NCBI GenBank assembly: GCA_963668175.1
Contig: OY764159.1
Location: forward strand, 256,001-320,000
Direction: 5' to 3'
DNA: 64,000 nucleotides
DNA from: Syntrophales bacterium
GTDB lineage: Bacteria; Desulfobacterota; Syntrophia; Syntrophales; PHBD01
Position numbers and translations under genes: made by a program. The notes under the pieces are model-generated. The model made no database searches. It was not told where the DNA came from and saw only the letters and a program-made list of their open reading frames with translations. This document shows positions 12,165-22,513 of this stretch, one piece after another; the first letter of the stretch is position 1, and every line of letters starts with the position of its first letter.

Positions 12165-12674
12165 TTAGGAAAACCCCTCCTCGCCTGCCAGTGTTTTGAC
12201 ATAGATGATCTTCCCGTCTCCCGGTGCGTAAAAATCCTCCAGGAAAGCCCCTTGACTGTAACCTAAGGCTTCGTAGAACAAACGGGTCGGCTCATATTGG
12301 GTTCTCGCCGAGGTTTCGGCATATACTCGCCGGCCGCCGCGCTTACCGATGAGATCCTCCGTTTTCGCCATGAGCTTCTTTCCGACGCCTTCGCCGCGAC
12401 GGACTTCGTCGATGGCAATCCAATACAGATCGTAACTCGACCGGGTCGCCGGGATGGGACCGTAACAGGCGAATCCGAAAAGTTCCTTGCCGTCGCCGGC
12501 AATGACATAATGATAATCGCTTTCCTCCCCTCGGGCTAATCTGTCGTCGACAAGTTCCAGCGCAAGTTCGATTTCCGCCTTCGAAAAAAAACCTGAGGAA
12601 GAGACGATGCGCCTGATGTCATCCCGATCGGAGTTCCGAAGCTCTTCCCGATATATTAACTTCTTCGGATTCAT
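12165..12674 (-). CDS. GNAT family N-acetyltransferase
   Basis: YDLYWIA...RRGEGVGKKL acetyl-CoA motif; TRLFYE..GY. Confidence 0.9.
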   Translation of the reverse strand: MNPKKLIYREELRNSDRDDIRRIVSSSGFFSKAEIELALELVDDRLARGEESDYHYVIAGDGKELFGFACYGPIPATRSSYDLYWIAIDEVRRGEGVGKKLMAKTEDLIGKRGGRRVYAETSARTQYEPTRLFYEALGYSQGAFLEDFYAPGDGKIIYVKTLAGEEGFS

Positions 12675-12810
12675 ACAGCACCCGCTTTACACGTGAATGG
12701 TATAAAACTTCCCTTGTTAAACGCATGATTGTATGTCATGAAATGGCAAATTAGTAAAGACCCGTGCCGACGGGCAGAAGTCTATTCAGGGTCAGGGTAC
12801 AGCAGAACTT

Positions 12811-13299
12811 ATGGAAGACTACAACCGGGCAGATATCCTCGACAGAGACGGCATGATTCGATATTTCGCTTACGAGAATAACATGTGTGTCGAATCGATG
12901 GCCCGTAAATGTCCTGCCTCCGTCATGCTTGGTGTTTCCAAACTCGTCCATCACCGCTTCATTATCAACGAACAGGGCATGGCCACCGTCATTCCCAAGG
13001 CCGCCAGTACCGTTTTCGGTGTCCTCTGGCTGTTAACCGAAAAAGACGAAAGGGCGCTGGACAGGGATCAGAGAATCGCCGAGGGTCCCTATATGAAAAG
13101 CATCAGGGAAATCGAAACGATAAGAGGAAAGACAACGAAAGCCATGACCTATGTCTCTTCGAATTTTATATATGGACTCCCCGGGCAGCACTGCATGGAC
13201 GATATGATCGACAATGCCGTCAGGCTCCATCTGCCGAAGGCTTACATCAATGAAATAAGAAGATGGACGAAGGCCTCCGACCCCGGCGACGCCAAATAA
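12811..13299 (+). CDS. Gamma-glutamylcyclotransferase-like (GGCT/AIG2) protein with degenerate motifs
   Basis: RYFAYENNM, VFGVLW, LDRDQ and YI..I framework of the family; start may be 12853. Confidence 0.7.
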   Translation: MEDYNRADILDRDGMIRYFAYENNMCVESMARKCPASVMLGVSKLVHHRFIINEQGMATVIPKAASTVFGVLWLLTEKDERALDRDQRIAEGPYMKSIREIETIRGKTTKAMTYVSSNFIYGLPGQHCMDDMIDNAVRLHLPKAYINEIRRWTKASDPGDAK

Positions 13300-13564
13300 A
13301 ACGACCATTTCCCAGGCCGGTCATCTATTTCCCATATCCGTCTCAATGAGACACGGGGATATGAAGACGGCGGACGGCCCAGAGCTCTCTGTTTGCGGGT
13401 GAAGGCGCTTTCAGAAAAACAGAGGCTGTCCTGCACATGGACTGAGAGGCCGGAAGCACGGCCGCATGGGGATTTTGTGTTGACAGGGACTGCGCTCCGT
13501 GTTAGGGAGCCGGAGAAAATACATAAGAAATACGGCATGCAACATGGTCGTGGAGGAGGTTGAT

Positions 13565-14449
13565 GTGACCTTTCAGGATTTAATCATGTCCCTGGAACGG
13601 TATTGGGCTGGCCAGGGTTGTGTCATCCAACAGCCCTATGACCTGGAAGTGGGCGCCGGAACCTTCAATCCAGCGACTTTTTTAAGATCTTTGGGACCTG
13701 AACCGTGGAATGTGGCCTATGTGGAACCTTCGCGGAGGCCAACGGACGGACGTTACGGCGAAAACCCCAACCGCCTCCAGCATTACTACCAGTATCAGGT
13801 CATCATGAAACCATCGCCGACGAATATCCAGCAGCTCTATCTCGACTCCCTGAAGAGCTTCGGTATCGATCCCCTGGATCACGACATTCGTTTTGTTGAA
13901 GACGACTGGGAGTCGCCGACGGTCGGGGCGTGGGGGCTGGGCTGGGAAGTATGGCTGGACGGCATGGAGATCACCCAGTTCACGTATTTTCAGCAGGTCG
14001 GCGGCATCGACCTGCGTCCCATCTGCGCCGAGTTGACTTACGGCATCGAACGCATCGCCATGTACATTCAGGGCGTGGATAACGTTTACGACCTCATGTG
14101 GAACGAAAAGATCAAGTACGGCGACGTCCATCACCAGGGGGAAGTGGAGTGGTCCAGATACAATTTCGAGCACGCCGATATCCCGATGCTCCGCAACCTG
14201 TTTGATATCTATGAAGCGGAGGGTATCCGCTTATCGGAACGGGACCTTGTCCTGCCGACGTACGACCATTGCCTGAAATGCTCACATACGTTCAACATGC
14301 TCAATGCCCGGGGCGCCATCAGCACGGCGGAAAGGACCAGCTATATCGGCAGGGTGAGAAATCTTGCCAAACTCAGCGCCGAGGCCTACCTGAGGCAGCG
14401 TGAAAGCATGGGATTCCCCTTACTGAGATCAGAGAAGACCTCTTCGTAA
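13565..14449 (+). CDS. glyQ: Glycine--tRNA ligase alpha subunit
   Basis: [33 protein letters not shown] at 13565 follows a GGAGG site. Confidence 0.98.
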   Translation: MTFQDLIMSLERYWAGQGCVIQQPYDLEVGAGTFNPATFLRSLGPEPWNVAYVEPSRRPTDGRYGENPNRLQHYYQYQVIMKPSPTNIQQLYLDSLKSFGIDPLDHDIRFVEDDWESPTVGAWGLGWEVWLDGMEITQFTYFQQVGGIDLRPICAELTYGIERIAMYIQGVDNVYDLMWNEKIKYGDVHHQGEVEWSRYNFEHADIPMLRNLFDIYEAEGIRLSERDLVLPTYDHCLKCSHTFNMLNARGAISTAERTSYIGRVRNLAKLSAEAYLRQRESMGFPLLRSEKTSS

Positions 14450-14508
14450 ATCTGCGAACCAAGCTTCACTCAAGCTGCGATCGCCGAACGATAGAACCGG
14501 AGAACACT

Positions 14509-16587
14509 ATGGGTAAAGAACTCTTGTTGGAAATAGGTACGGAAGAAATACCCGCCGCCTTTCTGCCGAAGGCCATAACCGATATGGAAGATATGATCCG
14601 AAAGATCCTTTCCGAAAAGAGGATCGGTCACGGCGCCGTCAAAGCCATGGCGACCCCGAGACGGCTCTGCCTCTATCTTGCCGAGGTGGCGGAAAAGCAG
14701 GAGGATCAGCTCGTCGAAAAGATGGGACCCGCCAAAAGGGTGGCTTTCGATGAAAACGGAAATCCCTCCAAGGCACTGGCCGGCTTTGCCCGGGGCCAGG
14801 GGATGAATATTGAAGACCTCATCAGTGTCACCACCGAAAAAGGCGAATACCTGTGTGCCCGGAAGATGATTACCGGAGAGGAAACCAAGGCGCTGCTGCC
14901 CGACATCCTGGCAAAATTCATTCCGTCCATACCTTTCAAGAAATCGATGCGCTGGTCCGATCTCGAACTGCGTTTCGCCAGACCGATACATTGGGTTCTC
15001 GCCCTGTTCGGAGGAGAAATCGTTCCTTTCCGGATCGAAAACATCGCGTCCGGAAGAGAGACGCGCGGGCACCGTTTCATGAGCCCGGAACCTGTCGCAG
15101 TGAAGGATTATAAGGATTATCTGGTCAAAGCCAGAGAAAAATGCGTCATCGTCGATCCCGATGAACGCAGAAAAGTCATACTGGAAGAGGCGGACAAAGC
15201 CGCCGCGGGAGTCGGCGGCAAAGTACTCCGCAACGATGAACTCCTGGAAGTCGTTACTTTTTTGATCGAGTATCCGACGGCCGTCTGCGGGAGTTACGAT
15301 GCGAGCTACCTGGAACTGCCGGCGGAAGTTCTCATCACCTCCATGATGTCCCATCAGAAATATTTCCCCGTTGTCGACGACAAGGGAAAACTGATGCCTT
15401 ATTTTATCACGATCAACAACACCCTGGCGCGCGATCCGTCCGTTGTGGCGCGGGGAAACGAAAAAGTCATCCGCGCCCGTCTCTCCGACGCCCGCTTCTT
15501 CTTCCAGGAGGACCGGAAAATCTCCCTGGACAAACGCGTGGAGGATCTGCAAAAAGTCGTTTTCCATTCTCAGCTTGGCACTTCCTTTGAGAAGGTCCAG
15601 CGCTTCAGGAAGCTTGCCGCCTATATTGCCAAACAGTTTAATCCGGCCCTGCTGGCGACGGCCGACCGGGCGGCCACCCTGGCCAAGGCCGACCTCGACA
15701 CCCAGATGGTCGGAGAATTCTCGGAACTTCAAGGCGTCATGGGCAGGGAGTATGCCCTTATCGCGGGGGAGAATCCCGTTGTCGCCAAGGCCATTTACGA
15801 GCACTATCTGCCCATCGCCGCCGGGGGCGAGCTACCGGCGACGGACGAAGGGGCCATCGTTAGCATCGCCGACAAGATGGATACCATCGTCGGTTTTTTC
15901 GGCGTCAACCTCATCCCGACGGGAACGGCCGACCCATACGCTTTGAGACGACAGGCGCTCGGCATAGTCAACATTATTCTGGATAAAAAATATCCCCTCC
16001 TTCTGGACGGCCTAGTCGACGAAAGTCTCCGCATCCTCGGCGACCTCCTCAAGAAGCCGGCCGCGCAAGTCAAGGCTGAGGTTCTGGAATTCTTCAAAGC
16101 AAGGTTCGAAAACCAACTGATTTCACAGGGACATCCCTATGACGTGGTTGATTCCGTCCTGGCAACGGGCATATCGGACATCACGCGCACATTCAAGAAA
16201 ATCGAAGCAATGGAATCATTCAAGAACCATGTCGATTATGCGCCGCTGGCCGTGGCGTTCAAACGCGCCGGCAATATCATCAAAGACTTTCACGGCGGTT
16301 CCATCGATCCGGCGATATTCGAGACCGATGAAGAAAGGGTTCTATTCGAGGCCTTCGAAGCATTAAAGCGAAAAGCAGCCACCCTTATCGACAACGACGA
16401 TTATCAGGGAGCCCTCATGGAAATGGCCCTCCTGAGAAAGCCGGTCGATGCCTTCTTTGAATCCGTCCTGGTTATGGCCAAGGATGACAGGATACGCTAC
16501 AACAGGCTTTCACTCCTGGAGGAAATTTTTGTTTTCTTCCGACGCATTGCGGACTTCTCCAAAATCGTGACCGAGAGCAAGGCTTAA
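14509..16587 (+). CDS. glyS: Glycine--tRNA ligase beta subunit
   Basis: LLLEIGTEEIP, TPRRL, RFARP, EFSELQGVMG, DPYALRR. Confidence 0.98.
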   Translation: MGKELLLEIGTEEIPAAFLPKAITDMEDMIRKILSEKRIGHGAVKAMATPRRLCLYLAEVAEKQEDQLVEKMGPAKRVAFDENGNPSKALAGFARGQGMNIEDLISVTTEKGEYLCARKMITGEETKALLPDILAKFIPSIPFKKSMRWSDLELRFARPIHWVLALFGGEIVPFRIENIASGRETRGHRFMSPEPVAVKDYKDYLVKAREKCVIVDPDERRKVILEEADKAAAGVGGKVLRNDELLEVVTFLIEYPTAVCGSYDASYLELPAEVLITSMMSHQKYFPVVDDKGKLMPYFITINNTLARDPSVVARGNEKVIRARLSDARFFFQEDRKISLDKRVEDLQKVVFHSQLGTSFEKVQRFRKLAAYIAKQFNPALLATADRAATLAKADLDTQMVGEFSELQGVMGREYALIAGENPVVAKAIYEHYLPIAAGGELPATDEGAIVSIADKMDTIVGFFGVNLIPTGTADPYALRRQALGIVNIILDKKYPLLLDGLVDESLRILGDLLKKPAAQVKAEVLEFFKARFENQLISQGHPYDVVDSVLATGISDITRTFKKIEAMESFKNHVDYAPLAVAFKRAGNIIKDFHGGSIDPAIFETDEERVLFEAFEALKRKAATLIDNDDYQGALMEMALLRKPVDAFFESVLVMAKDDRIRYNRLSLLEEIFVFFRRIADFSKIVTESKA

Positions 16588-16891
16588 GATTGCCATGTCA
16601 GAGTATTGACACCACGCGGTCCTGGATACATTTTCCCGCGAGTATCGTCCTTGACGGATGGTATGTTATAGCCTGATCGTTTATTCCCTGCGATTTGCGG
16701 AAAACGAATTCGGATGGATCTGTAGATTTCCTTTACGGCAACGCCGCAATAAGCCATTTAAGAATCCATAAGTTTTGATTGAATTTATTTTGATTCTGAT
16801 CTAGTTTTACTTTGTATTTGCGCAAGGGATTACCTACGAACACAACCGTGTCCCCGTTAACCGGGCGGATAAACAAGGAGAAACGATCATA

Positions 16892-19192
16892 ATGGCCGAA
16901 CCCGCCGTTAACAGCAAGAAACTTTCCGAACTCGAAGAGAAGCTTTTTGTCCGGAAAGGGTTGTTGGATGTAACCAATCGAATTCATGCTGCAAAAAACA
17001 TCAAGCAGATCCTTGTCGATCTGAAGGATGCCATCCAGAATCTCTTTAATGCCAACTCCATCACCATTTACGTCGTTGATCGCATTAAGAACGAAATCTA
17101 TTCCATGTTCCTCGTGGGAACCCAGTTGAACGAAATCCGGGTCCCGATCAACAACAAGAGCATTGCCGGCTATGTCGCCAACACCAAAAAGGTCGTCAGC
17201 ATTGCCGACGCTTACGATATAGACGAGTTGAAGAGCATCGACAAGGAGCTGTCCTTCGATATCAGCTGGGACAAGAAGTCCGGATTTAAGACGAAGCAGA
17301 TTCTGGCCGCCCCTATCTTCTACAGCTCGGCCCTTATGGGAGTCCTGCAGGTCCTGAACCGCAAGACGGGAACGGGCCGTTTCAGCGAAGAAGAGAAATC
17401 CATCCTTATGGAGATCAGCCAGGTTCTGGGTCTCGCTTTTTATAACCAGGAGCGGATGAACAAGCGGCGTAAAACCCGTTTCGACTGGCTTCTCACCCGC
17501 GATTTGATCAAGGAGGAAGAGCTCGACAGCGCCTGGGAGGAAGCCAGGGAAGCCAAAGAACCGATGGAAGCCTTTCTGATGAGAAAGTATAAGATCTCAA
17601 AGGACGACATCGGCCGATCCCTCGGCGAATTCTATCGATGCAAATTTATTCAATTCAACGACAAGCTGCCCATACCCGGCGACCTTCTGAAAAACCTGAA
17701 GAAAGAGTATCTGCGCCGGGAGCTTTGGGTTCCCGTTGAAAAAATCGACGGCAACATCCACGTCATCGTCGACGATCCCAACAACATCCTGAAACGCGAC
17801 ACAATCGAAAGTCTCTTAAAGACCAAGGCGGTAACGTACGATGTCGCCTTATCCGAGGACATTGTCAAATTCATCAATCACTTCTATCACGCCCCGGAAG
17901 ATGAATCGTCGTTCAACGATATTCTCCACAAACTGGATTCGGACGAGGAGAGCGAAGATGAAGAAGACAACGGCGAAATGATCAGCGAATCGGACAGCGC
18001 CATTATCCAGTTGGTGAACAAGATCATCAACGACGCCTTCAACAGAAGGACCTCCGATATTCACATCGAACCCAACGTCACGAGAAAGAACGTGGAGGTG
18101 CGGTTCCGGATCGACGGCGATTGCCAGCTCTACCAGACCGTCCCATACAGCTACAGAGGACCCATCGTCGCCCGGCTAAAGATCATGTCGAACCTCGACA
18201 TCACGGTCAAGAGGCTCCCTCAGGACGGAAAGATCAAGTTCCGCCGGGGAGGCGGTGACGAGATCGAACTTCGTGTGGCCACAATTCCGACCCAGGGCGG
18301 CGTCGAAGATGTCGTCATGCGTATCCTCGCCAAGGGAGAAACGCTGCCGTTGGAAGCGATGGGCATGATTCCGAGAAATTACAAAGAATTGCTCGGCATT
18401 TGCGAAAAGCCTTACGGCATGATCCTCGTCGTCGGCCCTACCGGTTCGGGAAAAACGACTACCCTGCATGCGGCCCTACACCATATCAATACGCCGGACC
18501 GCAAGATCTGGACGGCCGAGGATCCCGTCGAAATCACGCAATACGGACTCCGACAGGTGCAGGTCCAACCTAAGATAGGTTTCGACTTTGCCGCCGCCAT
18601 GAGATCGTTCCTCCGGGCCGATCCCGACGTCATCATGGTCGGTGAAATGAGAGATTTTGAAACGGCCAAGACCGGAGTCGAAGCCTCGCTGACGGGTCAC
18701 CTGGTTTTCAGCACCCTGCATACCAACAGCGCCCCCGAGACCATCACCAGGCTCCTGGACATGGGAATCGATCCCCTGAATTTCGCCGACGCCCTGCTCG
18801 GGATACTTGCCCAGAGGCTCGTCCGAACCCTCTGCAAGAACTGCAAGGAGGCCTACCATCCGACGAAAGAGGAATACGACGAGATCGCGGACAGTTACGG
18901 ATCGGAGGAATTCGCCAAGCTGAACGTACCGTATAACGATAAATTCATGCTTTACAGGCCGAAAGGATGCGATGCCTGCGACAAGACGGGTTACAAAGGC
19001 AGGATGGGCATACACGAATTGCTGGTCGGGACGGATGCCATAAAAAAACTGATTCAGCGGCATGCCACCATCGAAGAAATGCGCAACACCGCGATGGCAG
19101 AAGGTATGACCACGCTGCTGCAGGACGGCATCATGAAATCGATCCAGGGTGTAACCGATTTTAAACAGGTACGCCGGGTCTGCATCAAATAG
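16892..19192 (+). CDS. GspE/PulE/PilB family secretion ATPase with N-terminal GAF domain
   Basis: GAF region (SIAGYVA, DKKSGFKTKQILAAPI, GVLQVLN), SDIHIEP, PQDG, Walker A GPTGSGKTT, AEDPVE, MVGEMRD, GHLVFSTLHTN, CKNC/CDAC zinc motif. Confidence 0.93.
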   Translation: MAEPAVNSKKLSELEEKLFVRKGLLDVTNRIHAAKNIKQILVDLKDAIQNLFNANSITIYVVDRIKNEIYSMFLVGTQLNEIRVPINNKSIAGYVANTKKVVSIADAYDIDELKSIDKELSFDISWDKKSGFKTKQILAAPIFYSSALMGVLQVLNRKTGTGRFSEEEKSILMEISQVLGLAFYNQERMNKRRKTRFDWLLTRDLIKEEELDSAWEEAREAKEPMEAFLMRKYKISKDDIGRSLGEFYRCKFIQFNDKLPIPGDLLKNLKKEYLRRELWVPVEKIDGNIHVIVDDPNNILKRDTIESLLKTKAVTYDVALSEDIVKFINHFYHAPEDESSFNDILHKLDSDEESEDEEDNGEMISESDSAIIQLVNKIINDAFNRRTSDIHIEPNVTRKNVEVRFRIDGDCQLYQTVPYSYRGPIVARLKIMSNLDITVKRLPQDGKIKFRRGGGDEIELRVATIPTQGGVEDVVMRILAKGETLPLEAMGMIPRNYKELLGICEKPYGMILVVGPTGSGKTTTLHAALHHINTPDRKIWTAEDPVEITQYGLRQVQVQPKIGFDFAAAMRSFLRADPDVIMVGEMRDFETAKTGVEASLTGHLVFSTLHTNSAPETITRLLDMGIDPLNFADALLGILAQRLVRTLCKNCKEAYHPTKEEYDEIADSYGSEEFAKLNVPYNDKFMLYRPKGCDACDKTGYKGRMGIHELLVGTDAIKKLIQRHATIEEMRNTAMAEGMTTLLQDGIMKSIQGVTDFKQVRRVCIK

Positions 19193-19215
19193 TCGACGAA
19201 GGATTGGGAAGCCCT

Positions 19216-21696
19216 ATGAAAGGATTGAAGGAGTCGTTGCGCTCGGACTGGGCTGTTGGTCTTGTGCTCATGCTGTTGATGCTCCTGGTCTTCTACTTCG
19301 AATGGAAGCCCGTGGAGATACTGGAATACAAGTTCTACGATTTCGGCTTCAATCTGCGGCAATCACCCCCGCCTGCTCCCATCTCCATTGTAAGCATCGA
19401 TGACGCCAGCATCGCCAAGATAGGACGGTGGCCGTGGCCCCGCCAGCGTATAACCGAGGTGGTCAAACTGCTCACCGATTATGACGCGCGGGTTATCGGT
19501 ATCGATATCATTTATTCGGAAAGTGATTCCAGCCAGGGGCTGGCGGAAATACGCAATGTTATCAAAAACATGGAAGGGGGTGGCCTCCAGGGTACGGCCG
19601 CAGGCGGTAAAATTCTCGAAGCGCTAAAAAAGGCGGAGGCAAACCTGGACAGCGATATGCCTTTGGCTTCCGTTATCGGGGAAAGCAACCGCGTGGTCCT
19701 TCCTCTCTTTTTCGGCAAAATCAGCAGCGCCATGGGGAGCACCGGGGCGAAAATGCCGGATTATCTCAAGTTTAATTCCATTTCTGCTTCCAATCTCTGG
19801 TTCCAGATGTCTGCCAAAGAGATTACGGCGCCAATTCCCGATTTTGCTACCCGGGCATCCGCCCTCGGGCATATCAACGTCATCCCCGACCGGGACGGAA
19901 CGGTACGAAGCGAGCCGATCCTGATCAACTACGAAGGCCTATTCTTCCCGTCTTTCTCGCTCCAGTTGACCCTTCGGTATTTGAACGCCGAGTTGAAGGA
20001 ACTCACGGCTTCGCCGGGCGGTCTCAGGTTCAGGAACGTCACGATTCCGATCTCCGGCGACAATCAGATGTTGATCAGCAGTTTCAACAAGCAGTACCCT
20101 AATTATTCCTTTGTCGACGTCATGGAAAAAAAAGTACCTGCCGACGCCTTTAAAAACCGGATCGTCATGATCGTCGTCACGGGATCGGGCATCGGAACGG
20201 TGTATACGACGCCGTCCGCTTCCCTCGACTACCCCTGGGTGATTCATGCCAATGCCATATCCGGCATCATCAACAACAGCCATATTGTGCGGCCGGACTG
20301 GGCCTTTTTTGCGGAAATAGGCGTGATCATCCTCTTCGGCCTCATGCTGGCTTTCGGCATCCCACGTTTGAAAGCAGGCATCAGCGCCGTGGTTTCCCTG
20401 GGACTCCTTGTGGTCTTATGCGGAGCGGCTATTTATCTTCTGATCGATCAGGGCTACTGGATCAAGGTCGTCAATCCTTCTTTGCTCCTCGTCGGTGGCT
20501 ACATCATCATCGTTTCGAAGAGATATTTCCTTACCGAAAAATCGAAGGAGCACATCGAGGCGGACAGCATTGAAACCAACAAGATGCTGGGCTTGTCCTT
20601 CCAAGGCCAGGGACTTCTTGATATGGCGTTCGAAAAATTCCGTAAATGCCCGGTGGACGATCCCGCCGTCAAGGAACTGCTCTACAATCTCGGTCTCGAC
20701 TTCGAAAGAAAGAGGATGTTCAACAAGTCGGTGGCTGTTTATGAACATATCATGACGGCCGGCGATTTCAAGGACATCAAGGACCGCATCAAGAAATTGA
20801 ATGCCGCCGGGGAGACGATGATCTTCGGACTGAGCGGGGCAAAAAAGGATGCAACGGTCCTCATGGACAACACCGAAACGAAGCCGACCTTGGGACGCTA
20901 CGAAATCGTCAAGGAACTGGGACGGGGCGCCATGGGTACGGTCTATCTCGGAAAAGATCCGAAGATTCACCGGGAGGTCGCCATCAAGACGTTGCGTTAC
21001 GAAGAAATCGACGAGGACCAGCTGGCCGAAACCAAGAAAAGGTTCTTCCGCGAAGCGGAGGCAGCAGGAAAGCTGTCTCACCCGAATATCGTCACTATCT
21101 ATGATGTGGGGGAAGATTACGAGATCGCTTATATGGCCATGGAACTGCTCGACGGCGCCGATCTTACCAAATACTGCCAGAAGACGTCGCTCCTGCCTGC
21201 CCACGAAACGGTGAGGATCATATCCGCCGTGGCCCAGGCCTTGGATTACGCCCACAGCAACGATGTCGTCCATCGCGATATCAAGCCGGCCAACATCATG
21301 ATCCTCAAAAACGGCGAGGTTAAAGTTGCCGACTTCGGTATCGCCAGGGTCGTGACGTCGTCAAGAACCCAAACGGGGGTCGTTCTGGGTACGCCCAGTT
21401 ACATGTCGCCGGAACAGATTGCCGGCCAGAAAGTAGACGGCCGCTCCGACTTCTTTTCGCTGGGTGTTGTGCTTTATGAGCTCCTGACGGGAGAGAAGCC
21501 GTTTAAAGGCGACAGCATCGCTACGCTGATGTTCAATATCACGATGTCGCCGCCCGTGACACTGAATGAAATCAATCCCGATGTACCGGCGGGCTTTATC
21601 TCCGTTATTGAAAAGGCCCTGGCCAAGGATCGGGATATGAGATATCAAACCGGCAAAGAGATGGCGGCCGATCTCTCGGCATGCCTGAAGGCATGA
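19216..21696 (+). CDS. Membrane CHASE2-domain Hanks-type Ser/Thr protein kinase
   Basis: N-terminal TM helix; CHASE2 (IDDASI..IGRWPWPR, GHIN..PD.DG.VR); three TM helices; TPR-like linker; kinase motifs LGRGAMG, VAIK, HRDIKPAN, DFGIA, GTPSYMSPEQ. Confidence 0.93.
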   Translation: MKGLKESLRSDWAVGLVLMLLMLLVFYFEWKPVEILEYKFYDFGFNLRQSPPPAPISIVSIDDASIAKIGRWPWPRQRITEVVKLLTDYDARVIGIDIIYSESDSSQGLAEIRNVIKNMEGGGLQGTAAGGKILEALKKAEANLDSDMPLASVIGESNRVVLPLFFGKISSAMGSTGAKMPDYLKFNSISASNLWFQMSAKEITAPIPDFATRASALGHINVIPDRDGTVRSEPILINYEGLFFPSFSLQLTLRYLNAELKELTASPGGLRFRNVTIPISGDNQMLISSFNKQYPNYSFVDVMEKKVPADAFKNRIVMIVVTGSGIGTVYTTPSASLDYPWVIHANAISGIINNSHIVRPDWAFFAEIGVIILFGLMLAFGIPRLKAGISAVVSLGLLVVLCGAAIYLLIDQGYWIKVVNPSLLLVGGYIIIVSKRYFLTEKSKEHIEADSIETNKMLGLSFQGQGLLDMAFEKFRKCPVDDPAVKELLYNLGLDFERKRMFNKSVAVYEHIMTAGDFKDIKDRIKKLNAAGETMIFGLSGAKKDATVLMDNTETKPTLGRYEIVKELGRGAMGTVYLGKDPKIHREVAIKTLRYEEIDEDQLAETKKRFFREAEAAGKLSHPNIVTIYDVGEDYEIAYMAMELLDGADLTKYCQKTSLLPAHETVRIISAVAQALDYAHSNDVVHRDIKPANIMILKNGEVKVADFGIARVVTSSRTQTGVVLGTPSYMSPEQIAGQKVDGRSDFFSLGVVLYELLTGEKPFKGDSIATLMFNITMSPPVTLNEINPDVPAGFISVIEKALAKDRDMRYQTGKEMAADLSACLKA

Positions 21697-21700
21697 GGGT

Positions 21701-22510
21701 ATGGCATTGAAGCTCGATATCTGCGGTCAGACGGACATAGGCCTCATCAGGCCCAACAACGAAGACAGCTTCCATATCGGCGAAAAGACGGGGCTCCTGG
21801 TCGTAGCGGATGGAATGGGCGGTCACGCATCCGGGGAAGTGGCCAGCCGTATGGCCGTCGATATCATCCAGAATTATTTTGAAAACAGGAAAGAGCCCCA
21901 ACCCTTCATCGGCACGTATCAGCCTGAATATTCGGAGGAGACAAACAGGCTGGGCGCGGCGATACGCCTGGCCAATATGGCGATCCACGATCTTTCGGAA
22001 TCGACACCCCATTATCACGGGATGGGCACAACGGTAGTCGCCGTCCTGATCAACGACCGTAAGATGAGCATCGCTCACGTAGGTGACAGCCGGGTCTATC
22101 TCATCAGGTCCCAGGATATCGAGCCGCTCACTGAGGACCACTCCGTGGCATATGAGCAGGTCAAGAAAGAGATGATATCGGCAGCGGAGGCGGCGGTATC
22201 CGAGATGAGAAACGTCTTGACCCGGGCTTTGGGGGTTCACGCTCAGGTTGATGTCGATCTCGGCGAGCTCACCCTGATGCCCGATGATCGTCTGGTTTTA
22301 TGCAGCGACGGCCTCTATTCCATGGTGCCGGATGACGACATTCTGGACGTCGTGATCTCGGCGGGCGAATCGTCCCAGGCCTGCCGAACGCTTGTCACAA
22401 TGGCGAATGAAAACGGCGGCCGCGACAATGTTACCGTGATTGCCGCGCACATCATAAAGAAAAATTGGTTTGCTTCCCTACTAAATATTATGAAATGCTT
22501 CAGGAGGTGA
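21701..22510 (+). CDS. PP2C-type Ser/Thr phosphatase (Stp1/IreP family)
   Basis: R..NED, VADGMGG, MGTT, HVGDSR, LTRALG, LCSDGL, GGRDNVT. Confidence 0.95.
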   Translation: MALKLDICGQTDIGLIRPNNEDSFHIGEKTGLLVVADGMGGHASGEVASRMAVDIIQNYFENRKEPQPFIGTYQPEYSEETNRLGAAIRLANMAIHDLSESTPHYHGMGTTVVAVLINDRKMSIAHVGDSRVYLIRSQDIEPLTEDHSVAYEQVKKEMISAAEAAVSEMRNVLTRALGVHAQVDVDLGELTLMPDDRLVLCSDGLYSMVPDDDILDVVISAGESSQACRTLVTMANENGGRDNVTVIAAHIIKKNWFASLLNIMKCFRR

Positions 22511-22513
22511 TAT

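Noticed and set aside
13300..13564. T-box or glycine riboswitch upstream of glyQS
   Set aside because: No GGTGGnACCGCG T-box, specifier stem or terminator; GAAGGCGCTTTCAG only superficially resembles a glycine aptamer
16750..16820. AT-rich tract with two TTTTGATT copies upstream of the GAF-ATPase
   Set aside because: Probably promoter DNA, but no IHF, riboswitch or known operator match; too weak to call
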